Part shown: positions 39,191 through 54,399 of the stretch, piece by piece
Layout of the letters: each line of letters starts with the position of its first letter
How positions within the stretch are numbered: the stretch's first letter is position 1
Source of the DNA: the human T2T-CHM13v2.0 reference genome, Homo sapiens
Length of the DNA stretch: 64,000 nt
Assembly: GCF_009914755.1 (NCBI RefSeq)
Contig: NC_060925.1
Strand: one strand, 5' to 3'
Notes under the pieces: model-generated
Databases searched by the model: none
Told to the model about the DNA's origin: nothing
Seen by the model: the letters and a program-made list of their open reading frames with translations, nothing else
Program-made: the position numbers and the translations under genes

Positions 39191-41891
39191 AACTGTTGTT
39201 ACTCACCAAAAAGGAATCATCCTCTACCTCTCCTTTAAGCTTTCCCCAGCTTTCCCCTCCATAAACCACAGTCTTTAAATCTAATGCTCTGCACGAAACC
39301 CAGGCAATCCATTATTAGACATTGTTATGTTTTTTCCACCTAATTGAGCGAGTGGTTAGGAATTTAAGACATTTTATGGCACTTATTAATCTATTGTCAG
39401 TCTTTAATTTTATAGACAGGAACCAGTTAAGAGCTAAGCTATAAAATTTCACTATGGATTCCAGGCCCTTAATGTAGATCACAAGATTCACAGCAACACG
39501 GAGGGGTGGGAGAAGGGGGATAAGAGGAAGAAAAGCGAAGTTCATCCCCTGTGGCTCCAGACTGGGAGGTGTTTTCGGCCCCCTCCTTTCTAACTTACAC
39601 CAATAAACTTGAAATGAACTGAACTGAAATGAACTGAAACATGAAATGAACTGTGTAGAAACCTTTCTACCAAAGCAAATTTGAGGATGAGCATACCCTC
39701 AATTCCACCACGGTAGCTCTGTGGTTCCTCTCCAGAGGGCTTCAAGACAAGTCAGGATTTGCACAATGACTTTCCCAAAGAACAGCAGGGACAGGAGCTC
39801 CATCATCCCCACCAACATCTGGAGAATCCACTGCACAAGTTAACCCATTCTCGTGCTTGGGTATTCACTGGCACGACTCTTGTGATGGAATCAAGCTCAA
39901 TATCCAGTGAGGCATTGGAATCCTGCAAAGATTCTTTCATGATGGAGACAGATGCTGGATCATTCCAACCTCAAAAGTCCCAGGGCCTGAATCATCTCAT
40001 CCAATTGATCTAGAGATGCTCCTTATAAAGTCTCAGGCACCACACACTCTTGCCAGACTCAAGCCAGTTGTTTATCAGGACAAGACACTAGGTCAGCCTC
40101 TAACTTCCCCTCCCTTACATCAACAGTTCCCCTTCATGCCCCCAATCTGCTAAACACATTACTTTCTTCCATCCCACTAATGTTTACTAATTACTTAATT
40201 GGGATCAGGAATTCAGCGAGATGCTCTCTGCTCTTCGAGGAGATGATGGATGTGTGAAAAACTAAGGCACACGATGACGAAGGCAATCCTGGCTCATGAG
40301 CTGCAGGGTCGATGTTCCATGGGACCCAGAGGTTACAGTCACTTCTACTTTGCAGACAGAGAAACAGGATTAGGACCAGGTAAGGTTTCTCTTGAGGAAG
40401 CTTGAGGTTGGGTATGTAGGCTGTCACGACAGGCCAAGAGTGAGACCAGTGACACCACAGTACTTCAAGCTCTCTGCAGATATTCTGTTCCGAAGCTGGA
40501 TCCTATCCGGCTCCCACCCAAACCCTCTGCCAGGGTAGTTCAAAGCCAATAACTCACCCTGCAGCTGCTGACTTCTGTGAACACAGCCTCTGATAAAGCT
40601 GCACACTTCTGCTTCAGGTCCTGATTGTCCCAAATCAACGACAAGGTATCATTTGTCCTTGGCCTCAAGGTGTCAATGATCCTCACTTAAGAATTTTCAA
40701 TGGCAATATAAGAAACAATCATATATGTATGGTTTGCAAAACTATGATTGGAGATATGACTCCTTGTACCGTTAAAGTCACCTATGTGAGGCCCACAAGG
40801 CAAATTCCTCTTAGAAGCGGCATTGGGCTTTTTTTGTGTGAGATGCTGAAAGCTACATGCTTCCTCGGGTGCTCTTATTTTTTCTTTTCTGCCTGCCAGG
40901 GAATTTGGACTAAGCCTTTATGATCCATTGTTAGAGCATGTCCCAGCTTAAGGACTTTTTAGAGACAATTAACTTTCTTCCTTCTTTTTCCCTGCCCCCA
41001 AATCATTCACACAGATTTTCATCACATTCCTATGCTACTTTTTACTCTTTTAATTCACTTCTAATCTTTTCTAGAAGCAAGTGGGGATTTAGGGAATTAA
41101 TTCAACTCTTTCTTATCTATGAACTCACAGTGACCACTGCCCCAATGTGGAAAATCACTCTCGGTGCAGACACAGTTCAATTGAGACATGAAAACTTCTG
41201 AAAGTGGAGTCTCTCAAGCAGCTATTGAAAAGGCTGCCTCTGCAGAATATTAATAACATAGGGAAAGCTATGTGATATGAATTCATTTCTGAGAAAGGAT
41301 ATCAATCTATGTATAGTGCCTTGTGAACCTCATTTTGTAAAAATAAATTTGAAGTGCATATATACATATAAAAATGGAAAGAAATGGTACTAAAAGGTTA
41401 ATGTAATTATTTCTAGGATGTGAGATTAATCATGATTTCTAATTCTTCTTTGAAACTTTCCATTGTGCTCCATTTTTTTGATCCATGAGTGTATGCTGTT
41501 TCTCTTTTGCTGAGAATTGTTTCCAAGTTACCCATGTTGCACACCTTCATCTGGATCATTCATGAAAACCACATATACCACGCCACTGTGTGAACACATG
41601 ACTATTTATGTATCTATTTTCATGTTGGTGGACATGGAGATGACTTCCAGTCATCTAGTCTTACAACAATTCTGCTCTAACTTTGGGGGCCACAGGTGCA
41701 AGTTCTTCCTTAGAGTTTACCTTGAGAGGTGGAATTGCTGCTTCCCACATGATTGTAAAACAGATCTTCAAAATGGGTTCTTCATTATCAATACCTGGCA
41801 CTGCAGAACTGCTTCTCTTTCATTTTCGGCCAATCTAATTGGCACAGTATGTTATTTCAGTATTTTCTGAATGCAAATGAGGTTAAATATC

Positions 41892-42249
41892 TGCTATGGT
41901 CTGTGTTTACATCCTGCCAAAATTTCTGTGTTGAAATCCTAACCCCCAAGGTGATGGTATTAAGAAGTGGGGCCTTTTTGGGGTGAGTGGATCATAAGCA
42001 AAACGCCCTCAAGTATGGGATTAGTGCCCTTATAAAAGAGAACCCAGAAAGTTCCCTCACCCCTATGTGAGGATGCCATGGAAACGTACAGTCTATGAAC
42101 CAGAAAGCAGGCCATTACCAGACACTGAATCTGCCAGGACCTTGATCTTGGACTTCCCAGCCCCTAGAACTGTGAGAAATAAATTTTTGTTTTTTGCAAG
42201 CCACCCAGGCTATGGCATTTTGTTATGGCAGCCCAAGTGGACGAAGATA
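41892..42249 (+). mobile_element. MLT1A0 MaLR solo LTR within old L1M
   Basis: TGCTATGGTCTG...GTTGAAATCCTAACCCCCAAGGTGATGGTATTA...GAACTGTGAGAAATAAATTT...GGCAGCCCAAGTGGACGAAGATA. Confidence 0.88.
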
Positions 42250-42442
42250 GTGTCTTTACATGTGTTTGGCTATTTGAGTTTGCTTTTATGAACTGTATAT
42301 TTTCTTCTCTGTCCATTTATTTATTGAGGTATTTGCATAATCTGAATTGATTTCTTAGAAATCATTCATTTAAAATGATGGCTTATTTGCAGAATATTAA
42401 TTCAACTTCTCTATCTTTTTTTTTTTTTTTGTTATATGTTTT

Positions 42443-42763
42443 TCTTTTCTCTTCTTTTCTTTTCTTTCTTTCTTTTTTTTTTTTTTTTTTTTTTTTTTGA
42501 GACAGACTCTCCTCTGTCGCCCGGGCTGGAGTGCAGTTGTGCCATCTCGACTCACTGCAAGCTCTGCCTCCCAGGTTCACACCATTCTCCTGCCTCAGCC
42601 TCCTGAGTAGCTGGGACTAAAAATACAAAATACTTTCGTATTTTTAGTAGAGGCGGGGTTTCACCATGTTAGCCAGGATGGTCTCTATCTCCTGACCTCG
42701 TGATCCACCCGCCTCAGCCTCCCAAAGTTCTAGGATTACAGGCGTGAGCCACCGTGCCCAGCC
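42443..42763 (-). mobile_element. AluY with internal rearrangement at the linker
   Basis: AluY diagnostics CTGCAAGCTC, GGTTCACACCATT, GACCTCGTGATCC; TSD TTTGTTATAT(G/A)TTTT. Confidence 0.92.
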
Positions 42764-43549
42764 TATTTGTTATATATTTTGCTAGAGCTAAAACTGCCAC
42801 ATTCCAACCTGAATGGAGCTAATGATTAAAACTTGAGTTGTATACCACCCCCACTCCCAACACACACACATAGGAAGGTCGTCAGGGAAGCAGGGTTTTT
42901 GGAGCCTCAATTTTAGTACCCAAGTCACAAGTATGTAAATGCTACAGAAAAAAGAACAGGCCCTAAACTCAAGTCTTGCCTGGACATCAGGCAGATGTTC
43001 ATCAGGAGGCATTGTATTTCTCATCTCTCATAGGAACTCTGATTTGAATCAAATCACTGCAACTTTTGCATTTTTCTGATGGGGGTGAGCATAATCCTCA
43101 TACAAAGAGCTTTCTCTCTTGACTGTTTCAAGACAACACCTGCCAAGCTGCTCCTTGGCTGAGGTCTCTGGGGAGCATGTTTATTGAAGGAAAAGGAATA
43201 TTGTATCATGTTCATCTTGAAGTGGCTGGCCTCCGGATGTCTTTACAAAGATCCGTCTCTCAATACAGTCCCCAGTTCTGTAATACCTTCTACCAGAAGC
43301 ACAGTTTCCTGGTGTTCTGTTTTCATTCTTGTTGATGAAAAAAAACCCAGCCAGAACTTTGGTTTTATTTACTTTTCTTCCTAATCTTATCACCTCCTCT
43401 AACTGTAGATGAAAATGGTGGTTGAACTGTAAAGTTATAATGCCCTACCTGAGATCACTTATCTTGGAGCATGTTGGTGTGTATTTAGGATATCTGCACC
43501 ATGGGGTACTTCTCATGCCAATGGGACTTTAAATATAATGCATCTCTTT

Positions 43550-44050
43550 GTAATTTATTCAACCCTACGAATTGAGAGCATTTCCTTGGCCAAATATTGT
43601 GCTAGGCATTGAAGACCGAGCTGCCTTTGTAAAGAATGACATTACTTGCGATACAGGATCCTTGAGATTGAGTGACAGGGATACAATGGGGGTACTGAAT
43701 CCCCATGAAGACAGGCTATGAAAAGACCAGGGAGCAGAACATTCCAGGGAGAGGAAGTGAAAAGTGTGTTCAGGATGCTAAGCTTTAGGATCAGAGAGAA
43801 GGCTGGTGTCATGGAGGCAGTCAAGGATGAGGAAGAGAACGGTAGGAGACACACAGGAAAGATACATCTGGGGATGGGTCCTGCATGTCCTTTGGCCAGG
43901 GGAAGGTGTTTGGATTGTATTCAAAGTACAGTGAGACTGAGATGAACTGTTAAGACCACTGTGGCTGCTTTGTGAATGCACTGAAAAGGGGTCCAAAGAA
44001 AAGTCTGGAGATTGACATCATAGTACAGAAGAGGATGACGGTGGGTGCAG
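43550..44050 (-). mobile_element. L2 fragment
   Basis: ATTGAGAGCATTTCCTTGGCCAAATATTGTGCTAGGCATTG...GAACATTCCAGGGAGAGG...CACTGTGGCTGCTTTGTGAA. Confidence 0.65.
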
Positions 44051-44901
44051 GCCACTTCCCTGATCCCAAGAGAATGTCTCCATCCAGCAGGTATAACTGG
44101 GGGCAGGGGAGCCCCATGAGAGGAGCACCCAAGATCCAGATGCTGCACCAGCTGCAGACGCTCCCCTTGTTTGGAAGATAAGAAATTATAAAGACCATTT
44201 TCCCAAAGAATCAGTAGCTTCCGTCTTAATGAAGGCTGAAATCTAAATGATGTTATTCTGGTGGAGGACTTTGTTTCTGTCAGTGGTTTTTAACTAATTA
44301 CCATAAGTACTGTCCATTTAGAATTTCACCGTAATTCCAATCCCTATTAGTGTGTAAGCAGTGCCTTATCTTTGCCGCAAGCTACTGTTTATTCATAGAA
44401 TGAGACAGTACATCACAGACATTGTCATATCAAATAGATGTTTTTTGTATTACATTGTGTGCAGTATGAATGAGCCAGAAGTGATTTGCCGAGTAGGAAG
44501 TGCATTAAGAAATGAATTTTGAATTTTAAAACACATTCACTTGCTGTTGCTTGAGTGGTAGGTGTCTTGGGTTCCAACTTCCTTTTTATCTTTGGGTTTT
44601 TGCCTTAAGAAAATGTGAGCTGGCTGGTGGGGCTGAAACATTGAAGAGGGGCTTGTTTAGTGTCCTCAGGTCACCAGGGGATGTTGCTTTCCACTGCCTC
44701 TGTGCACAAGAGTGGGTATCTTGCTGGCTGCAAAAACCACGCTACCTCCGTTTCTCTACCTTTCATCAACAAAGATGTCAGCTATCTGGCCTGTCAATTT
44801 GGAGCCATAAGGAGATCAAGCTGGCACATTCTGCAAAGCTTAAATGCTTGGTTGCCATTAGGATTCGGAACAGTACTTTCAGGAGCCACCAAATGGAACC
44901 T

Positions 44902-45105
44902 CACATCTGCAGGGACCCGGGGAAAGATCACCTCTCTCCATTTGTGAGAGACACATATGGAAGCAGACAGATGTTCTTGATGAGATGGCCAGTTCAATTT
45001 ACAGTTCCTAAATCTGCAGAGACATCATGTCCTGTCATTAAACATTCATTTAGAACCATCTTCATAGGTAATAATGTAACAGAGCATTGTACCTAGATGA
45101 TAAAT
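44902..45105 (+). promoter_or_regulatory. Copy B of the anciently duplicated non-coding element
   Basis: Paralog of 34612-34815 at offset 10,290 bp. Regulatory role is inferred only. Confidence 0.5.
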
Positions 45106-45357
45106 GGTGCTTTTTCTGCCTGAAATATTAAAGTGACAACTGCTAACTTTTCTCCATCTGACCGTTCAAGTAAGTACTTGGCTGGTTAAAACAAGCACAT
45201 TTTCTCAAAGCTCATTCATGCGGCTGTTTGCCACGTGCCTACTGCGTGTTGGACAATGTGCTGGAGGTGAAATGGCATAGACAACATACAAGACACAGGG
45301 TCGCCTTCCGAGAATCTTCCAGGAATATGTTCTGAATATTTAAGAATACATAGAATA

Positions 45358-45708
<351 letters not shown>

Positions 45709-46429
45709 TTAAAATGAGTTACATTTTTAAATTTCTCAAGCATATTGGACGTTTCCCTGTATGTTGTCAATGCCATTTTGAAAGATTTATATATGCATTA
45801 CACTTCATAAAACTTCTTTCTTATTCAAAGGCATATTTAATTAAAACCCAGTTTTATGGTGCATGCACTAATTATTACTCTTGGCTTGAAGGCTCAGGCT
45901 GAACCTGCTTTGAAATTCTGCAACTCAAATCCTTTGCAGTCATTTTGGAAGCTTGGATGTTTTCAAAATAATTCAGTGGTTCTTATGTAAGTTGCTTGCT
46001 GATTTTTTTGTAAATGTAAAAATATAAATAAATAGAACACCCAGGAACTTGTTATAATACAGCCATATCAAGAGAGATTTGACTTGCTGAAAATATCATG
46101 CTCAGTTAAGATATTGTGAGAGGGTATAGACTTTCAATGGAGGAAGCTATACTTCTTATCTAGCCGAGCCTTATTATAACTTTTAGGATCTGCCATGCCC
46201 ATCTCCCTTCGTGGCACAGTATGCACTAATATTGGTTGAGTTGAATGGAGATAAAGCACTATTTTGACAAAATCTTGTTTGACTTACTGTTGTGCAAAAC
46301 GATTCTACTTAGACGTAGTACAGAAGTGGCTGCAGAAAGAAAAGTGGAACTGCTGAGGATGGTTGAGAAAGTCTTGATGTTAGAACTTGCATTTAACAGG
46401 GCCAGACTCAACACTGGCCTGATGCTGTG

Positions 46430-46995
46430 TGTCAGAGTCCTGGCTGCTCGTGAGAACTTCCTGGAGAGCTTTTGAAACATACCACAACCTAGAATCCCCC
46501 GCTATGCTATCCCCTGGTGACCTGAGGACACTAAACAACCCCCTCTCCAGTGAGTCCCCTAGGGCTGACATAACAGATACCACAGACTGAGCAGCTTAAA
46601 CAACAGGAATTTATTTTCTCACAGTTCTGGAGGCAGAAGCCCAAAATCAAGGTGTCTGCAGCGTTGGTTTTGGGTGAAGCCTCTCACCTTGGCTTGCAGA
46701 TGGCCACCTCCTCCCTGTGCCCTTCCACAGCCTTTCTCTGTGTGAGCACATCCCGGGTGTGTCTTCCTCTTCTTCTAAGGATACCAGTCCTATTGGATTA
46801 GGACCCCACGCATAAGACCTCATTTAATCTTCATAACCATCTTAGAGGCCTCATCTCCTAATATAGGCACGTTGGGGGGTTAAGGATTCAACCTATAAAT
46901 TTGGGGAGGACACCTTTTTTTTTCCATAACACGCCCTAGACAAATTAAATCAGAATCTGCGAGAATAGGGGGAATCATTACTATTTTAATGACTT
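46430..46995 (-). mobile_element. MER5A split by an MLT1B LTR (MLT1B ~46547-46931, - strand)
   Basis: MER5A halves CTGGCTGCTCGTGAGAACTTCCTGGAGAGCTTTT and AGACAAATTAAATCAGAATCT; MLT1B CCTAGGGCTG.CATAACA...TTGGATTAGGACCCCAC...CCATAACA. Confidence 0.8.
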
Positions 46996-47533
46996 TAATT
47001 TAAATATTTAAATTCAGGTATAGTTGACATACAATAAGCTGCACACATTTAAGGTGTACAATTTGATATGTTGTGGCACATGAATCTGCCAGTAAAACCA
47101 CTTTTATAATTAAGAGAATAATTATCATGCCCCAAAATCTAATCATGACCCTTTGTAATCCCTCGCTTCCGTATCCCTCATCTCCAGACAACCAACAGAT
47201 CTGTTTTCTGTTACTGTATTAGTTCGTGTTTTATAGACTTTTACATAAATGAAATTTTACAGCACGTACTATTTTCTTTTTGGGGGAAGGGAAGTGTCTG
47301 TTTTCTCTCAGCATCATTATTCTGAGATTCACCCATGTTTTTATACATATCCATAGTTTATTTCTTTTTGTTGCTAAGTTGTATTTTATTGTATGGTAGC
47401 TTTCTTTTGATTAGTGTTAGCATGGTACATCTATTTCTATCCTTTAATTTTTAACCTATACATGTCTTTATATTTAAAGTGGGTCTCTTGTATGCAGCAT
47501 ATTGTTGAGTCTTTTTTAAAATCTAATTTGATT

Positions 47534-47880
47534 GTCTTAGTTCAAGCTGCCATAACAAAGTACTATAGACTGGGCGGCTTATAAATCACCAAAATTTATT
47601 TCTCACAGATCTAGCAGGAAGCCAGCATGGTAGGGTTCTGGTGAGGCCTCTCTTCCATGTTGCAGCCTGCCAACTTTTCATTGTATCCTCATAAAGCAAA
47701 AAGAGAATGAGAGAGCTCTCTGGGGTCCCTTTAATAAGAGAATTAATTCCATTTATGAAGGCTCTATCCTTATGACCTAACTTACTTGTTAAAGATCCCA
47801 ACTGCTAGCACCATCACATTTAGGGATAGGATTGTGACATATAAATTGGGGGAGGGAGGGCACGAACATTTAGTCTTTAA
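47534..47880 (-). mobile_element. MLT1A/MST-type MaLR solo LTR
   Basis: TGTCTTAGTTCAAGCTGCCATAACAAAGTACTATAGACTGGGCGGCTTATAAA...GAACATTTAGTCTTTAACA. Confidence 0.85.
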
Positions 47881-48858
47881 CACTGAAAATCTATGCCTTT
47901 TAATTTGAGTGTTTGAGCCATCTACTTTTAATACAATTATTGATATGCCTAGATTTGAGCCTATCATCTTGTTATTTGTTTTCTATTTGTGCTACCTGCT
48001 ATTTGTTATTTATTCCCCTTTTCTTCTTTTTCTGCCTTATTTTGAATTACTCTGTTTTATCTCCTTTGCTGTCTTTTTAGCTTTAACTTTTTTTTTTTTT
48101 TTTTTTAGTGGTCACTTTTGGAGTTATAGCGTACATCTTCAACAGTATATCTTCAAGTGTTAGTATACCATTTCATGGTATAAAATACGGGGTATACAAA
48201 ACTTAAAATGGTATATTTTCTTTTCTCTCCTCCTGGCCTATTGTTACCCATTTTGTTTTTATATGTTATGAACTCCCAAATACATTGTTATTATTTTTTA
48301 AATAGTTTTCTTGAAAAGGAGTTTAAATAATAAAAAGTATATATATACTCATGTAGTTACCACTTCTTGCACTTTTCATCCTTCATGTAAATCTTTATTT
48401 CCATCTGGTGTTAGTTTCCTTCTGCCAAAAGGACTCCTTTTATTGTTTTATTCTTTTTCTTTTATTTTGGTTTTTAGTGTGAGTCTACTGGTGATGAATT
48501 CTTTAAGCTTCTGACAATGTTAAAAAGTCTTTATTTTGCCTTCATTTTGTAAATATATTTTTCACTGGCTATGTAATTCTCAGTTGAAAATTTTTTTCTT
48601 CAACTTTTAAAAATGTTGGCCCACCATCTTCTTGCTTGCATTGTGTTGAACTACAAATCTGTTGTCATCCTTAACTTTGTTCCTCAGTACGTCTGTCTTT
48701 TTTTCCTCTGCCTACCTTTCCATGTTTTCTTTATCATTGTTTCTGGACAACGTGATTATGATATGCCTTAATTTTGTTTCTTCAGTTAACAAATGTTTCC
48801 TTTTTTTTTTTTTTTACTGTCATCACTAAACAGCAATGTCTGAATTTTTCATAACTCC

Positions 48859-50219
<1,361 letters not shown>

Positions 50220-50321
50220 TTATACATATGCGAGGCCACTTTACATATGTTACAGCTCACTGATGTTCTTTTATCTTTTTCCAGTGCATTTAATTTGAGT
50301 CATTTTTATTACTGACTTTAA

Positions 50322-50373
50322 GTTCACTCATTTTTTCTTCTACAGTGTTCACTCATTTTTTCTTCTACAGTGT
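50322..50373. repeat. Perfect 25-bp tandem duplication
   Basis: GTTCACTCATTTTTTCTTCTACAGT x2. Confidence 0.9.
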
Positions 50374-51856
50374 CTACTTGGCCATTTATCCCAGCCAGTG
50401 AATTTTTTTAACTTAGACATTGTAATTTTCATTTCTAGAGATTTGATGTGAGTCTTTTTTCCTCATGTGTCATGTTTTCTGCTCTTTTCATGCCTGGTAA
50501 TTCATGATTGGACTTCAGACAATATAAGTTTTATTCTTGGGTGATGGATATTTAGTCAGAAAAAGTTTAAACCTTTCCAGTCTTGCTTTTAAGATTTATT
50601 AGACCAGATGACAGCAGCATTTAGTCAAGAGCTCCTTTTTTTCTTCCATTACTGCAGAAAGATCCTTCTGCGGGACTTTCCCAGTTCCTTTTGAATTTTG
50701 AGGTTTTCCAGTCTATCTGGTGGAAGGAGGCATTATTCCAAGCCCTATGTGACTGACGGATACTCTCATTATTCCTTAAATGTTCCCTAAATGTTTCTTA
50801 AACACAGCCAGCGTGGCCTACTTGACAATTAATGGTTTTTGTTTTGTTTTGTTTTGTTTTCTGGGAGCTCACTTCCAATGTGAAAGGAGACCTTGCTTAG
50901 AAAGCTGCCTTTCCTGGAGGTTCTCAGCCTCCACTCCATGAGCTCCAGTCTTTTTGATTTCCATGAAGCTTGATTGGGCTCTTTTAGATCTTGGTTTCTA
51001 AAGCTTTGAGTTATCACTTGAGTCAAATGAAACCAAAGAGGTAGGCTGTCCCTTATAAGATTTAAAAAAAAAAAAATGTGTCCTGTTTAGATGATACAGA
51101 AAACAAACTCCCTGAAAGACATGGACATTTTTAGGGAAAGATACACATATGCTGTCCATCATAGAGGAAACCAGGGCTGCTGTTGTGTCCTTCATAGACC
51201 CTAGAGGTCAGCAATTTTGGAGTTCCACATACTAAATTCCCCAGTATCCAAAGCAGAGTTGATCTCTGACTTAGAGGAAGATGAAATGTAATATTCAATT
51301 ACATGGTGTCTGAGCAATGCTTCAGAGCACCTGATACATCTCAAATCCCCCTGGATACCTTCTTATGCAGACAGAAGCACCTTTATATTAGAATAAACTT
51401 TAGCTACACACTGTTCTGTTCTCTCAAGACGCTCAAGACAATTACATTTGGTTAATGGAAATATAGAAGCCCTTGTCATTTTAACAATAGAACATTCACT
51501 TCTTTGAGCCTTATTATAGGGATAATTTGTTGCTGCCTTCCTAAAGGATATATTTATTGATTTCTTTATTCAACAAAAATATATCAAGCACTTGTAGTGA
51601 GCTAGGTACTTTTCTGGGGCAGTGTCAAAATAAAACACCGTCCTTGTTTTCCAAACAATCTCTGTTGCTCAGTGGGGCACCCTCTATTAGAAAAGGCTTA
51701 AGGGAAACCTCGGCTGCAGGCTGAGCGAATACATAGGGTCATTTACTGTTTAAACAAATGCCTAGTACTCAAGTATCTGCTTCATGGCAGGCACTGGCCT
51801 CAGTCACGTGCAAGACATGTTCTCATTCCTCAGTCTCCCATGAAAGTGGATGGCTT

Positions 51857-52365
<509 letters not shown>

Positions 52366-54399
52366 CTACAAAATGAAAATGGCAGAACTGAAGTCTAATT
52401 CAGCTTTGTGTGAAATATTCCAATTTACCCCATTTGCAGTCTCTCATACAAGAGGCTGGACCAGAATATTAAAAAGCTATCAACCTTGAAATAGTTGCTC
52501 CTAATCAAGTCAGGTAATGAATGATGAGAAGAGAAAATATTGGGATCGTTGGCTGTTTGTCACAAACAGTGAATTACTGAGCAAGAATGAGCCATGTGCT
52601 AGCCACTAATTGTTAATCTGGCCTCTCTGATTGTTTTCATTTTAGGAAATCATGATGGCTAATTCGACTGATGGATTTTCACAGACTTAATTGACGTCAG
52701 GTTTCTCTGCTTGGTTTTTCGCCAGTATCCATTCTTTAGTGTATTCACAAGGGAGGTAGAGGTAACATACAAACACTGTGTCCTTAAGGAGCTTAGAACC
52801 AAGTAGGAGTGGGTGAGCAGAGTAAAATCCAGCTATGCAATCATCCATTTATTCAGCAGATGTTTGTTAAACACATAGGGTATTTTAAATATTGTGTAAA
52901 GTGCTGTGGGCATTCTGGAGAGTTCATCCAAGCCAAGTGCCTGGCCCATGGAAGATGCCAAATAAATATTCATCACATGAATGAATAAGTGAACATACTT
53001 GAGATCAGAAGAGACTTTCACTTATTGAAGGTGTTTGCTATGAGTACAGATATTTTCGTAAGAAAAGAGGTTTTGGAAAATGGAAGACTGGATTTGAGGA
53101 AAAGGAATAAGTGCATTTGGCCTGGAGCCTGGTTGTGTGTAGGAAAATGGGAAAAATCAGTCTGGGATAAAAGGCAGGGACTTCTTGCAGCAGGACACAG
53201 TCCTTGGCTAGGGAACGTAGGCAAAGAGAAATCAACAGCGCCTTAAGCAGCTGAGGGAGGTGACCCAGTCACGGCAGCACGAGAGCGTTTGTGCTTCCCG
53301 AAACATGCTAGCTGATATCAGAACAATCAGTCCCTTTAGAGAAACTCAACTCATTTCACAAAGCGAATTTCCTCCCTGGAACTGAAGGTTTTATCCAAGT
53401 TCAGAATGTAGTGTCTCAAAAAATGGAGCCAACACACCACAATCTTGGTTCCAACAATTCCAGACTAGGTGGAAACTACTGCTTATTACATTTGACTTTA
53501 CGGGAATTTGGCTCAAATGTCTGTGAGATTCTACAGTAGAAAATCTGTCCCTAATAATCTACTTTCTCTTTAATTCAGAATGAAACTGTTGGCCCTTATT
53601 CAGCCAGAATCCAGTTCTGCAAATAGCACATTTCTCTCTAACTAGACAGTGAGGCCACTGCGCCAACTGCCCATTGCTGGCATGAAACACCAGTTTAACC
53701 AAAACAACCTCATCTAGACCACTCTGATATGGGATGAAGATGAACAGCCAACACGTTGACTCTGTGATGAAAGGACCAGTGACACTCACTAAACAATTAA
53801 AAGCACTGATAGAACCTCCTGTTCTCATCATGAAGCCAGTTTTATCTCTCTTCAGTAACTTCCACCGTTCTCTCTCCTATGCCTATTGCCTTTATAGATC
53901 ATGTTTTTACTATTACAGGTTGATCTTTATGAGGCTACTCCACTGTAGCTGAGAATGCCATACTTTCTGGAATTTTTTCCTCTCTGTGGCCTCAAAATTC
54001 CTCTAGGGAATATGTTGAAGAAGGAAAGAACCATCCCTCATTCACTAATCATGTGGAGGTAAGATCATTCTCAGGCAGTTGGTAAAATCTGCAGCAGCAA
54101 TAAAGATGATTTGAGATTTGAACTGCTGTGCTGGTTAAATAACTCTAATGGAGACCACAGGAGTTGGCCATCTGAGCCAGTGCTGAGAATGCATCTTGGT
54201 TGCTGTTAATTTCCCAGGTGTTGGGAGAAACCGTAGGATATTGGAGCCTGTAGATGAATTCAATAGAAAACTCCTGGGTAGTTGCTGATGAAGATCAGAG
54301 ATAGAGATTTCTGTGGCTCTGAGGTCATCAGATCAATGAAAGTACAGAACAGTCTCAAAGTAGTTTTCTTGGAAATGGGGGATGGGGATGGATGACTTG

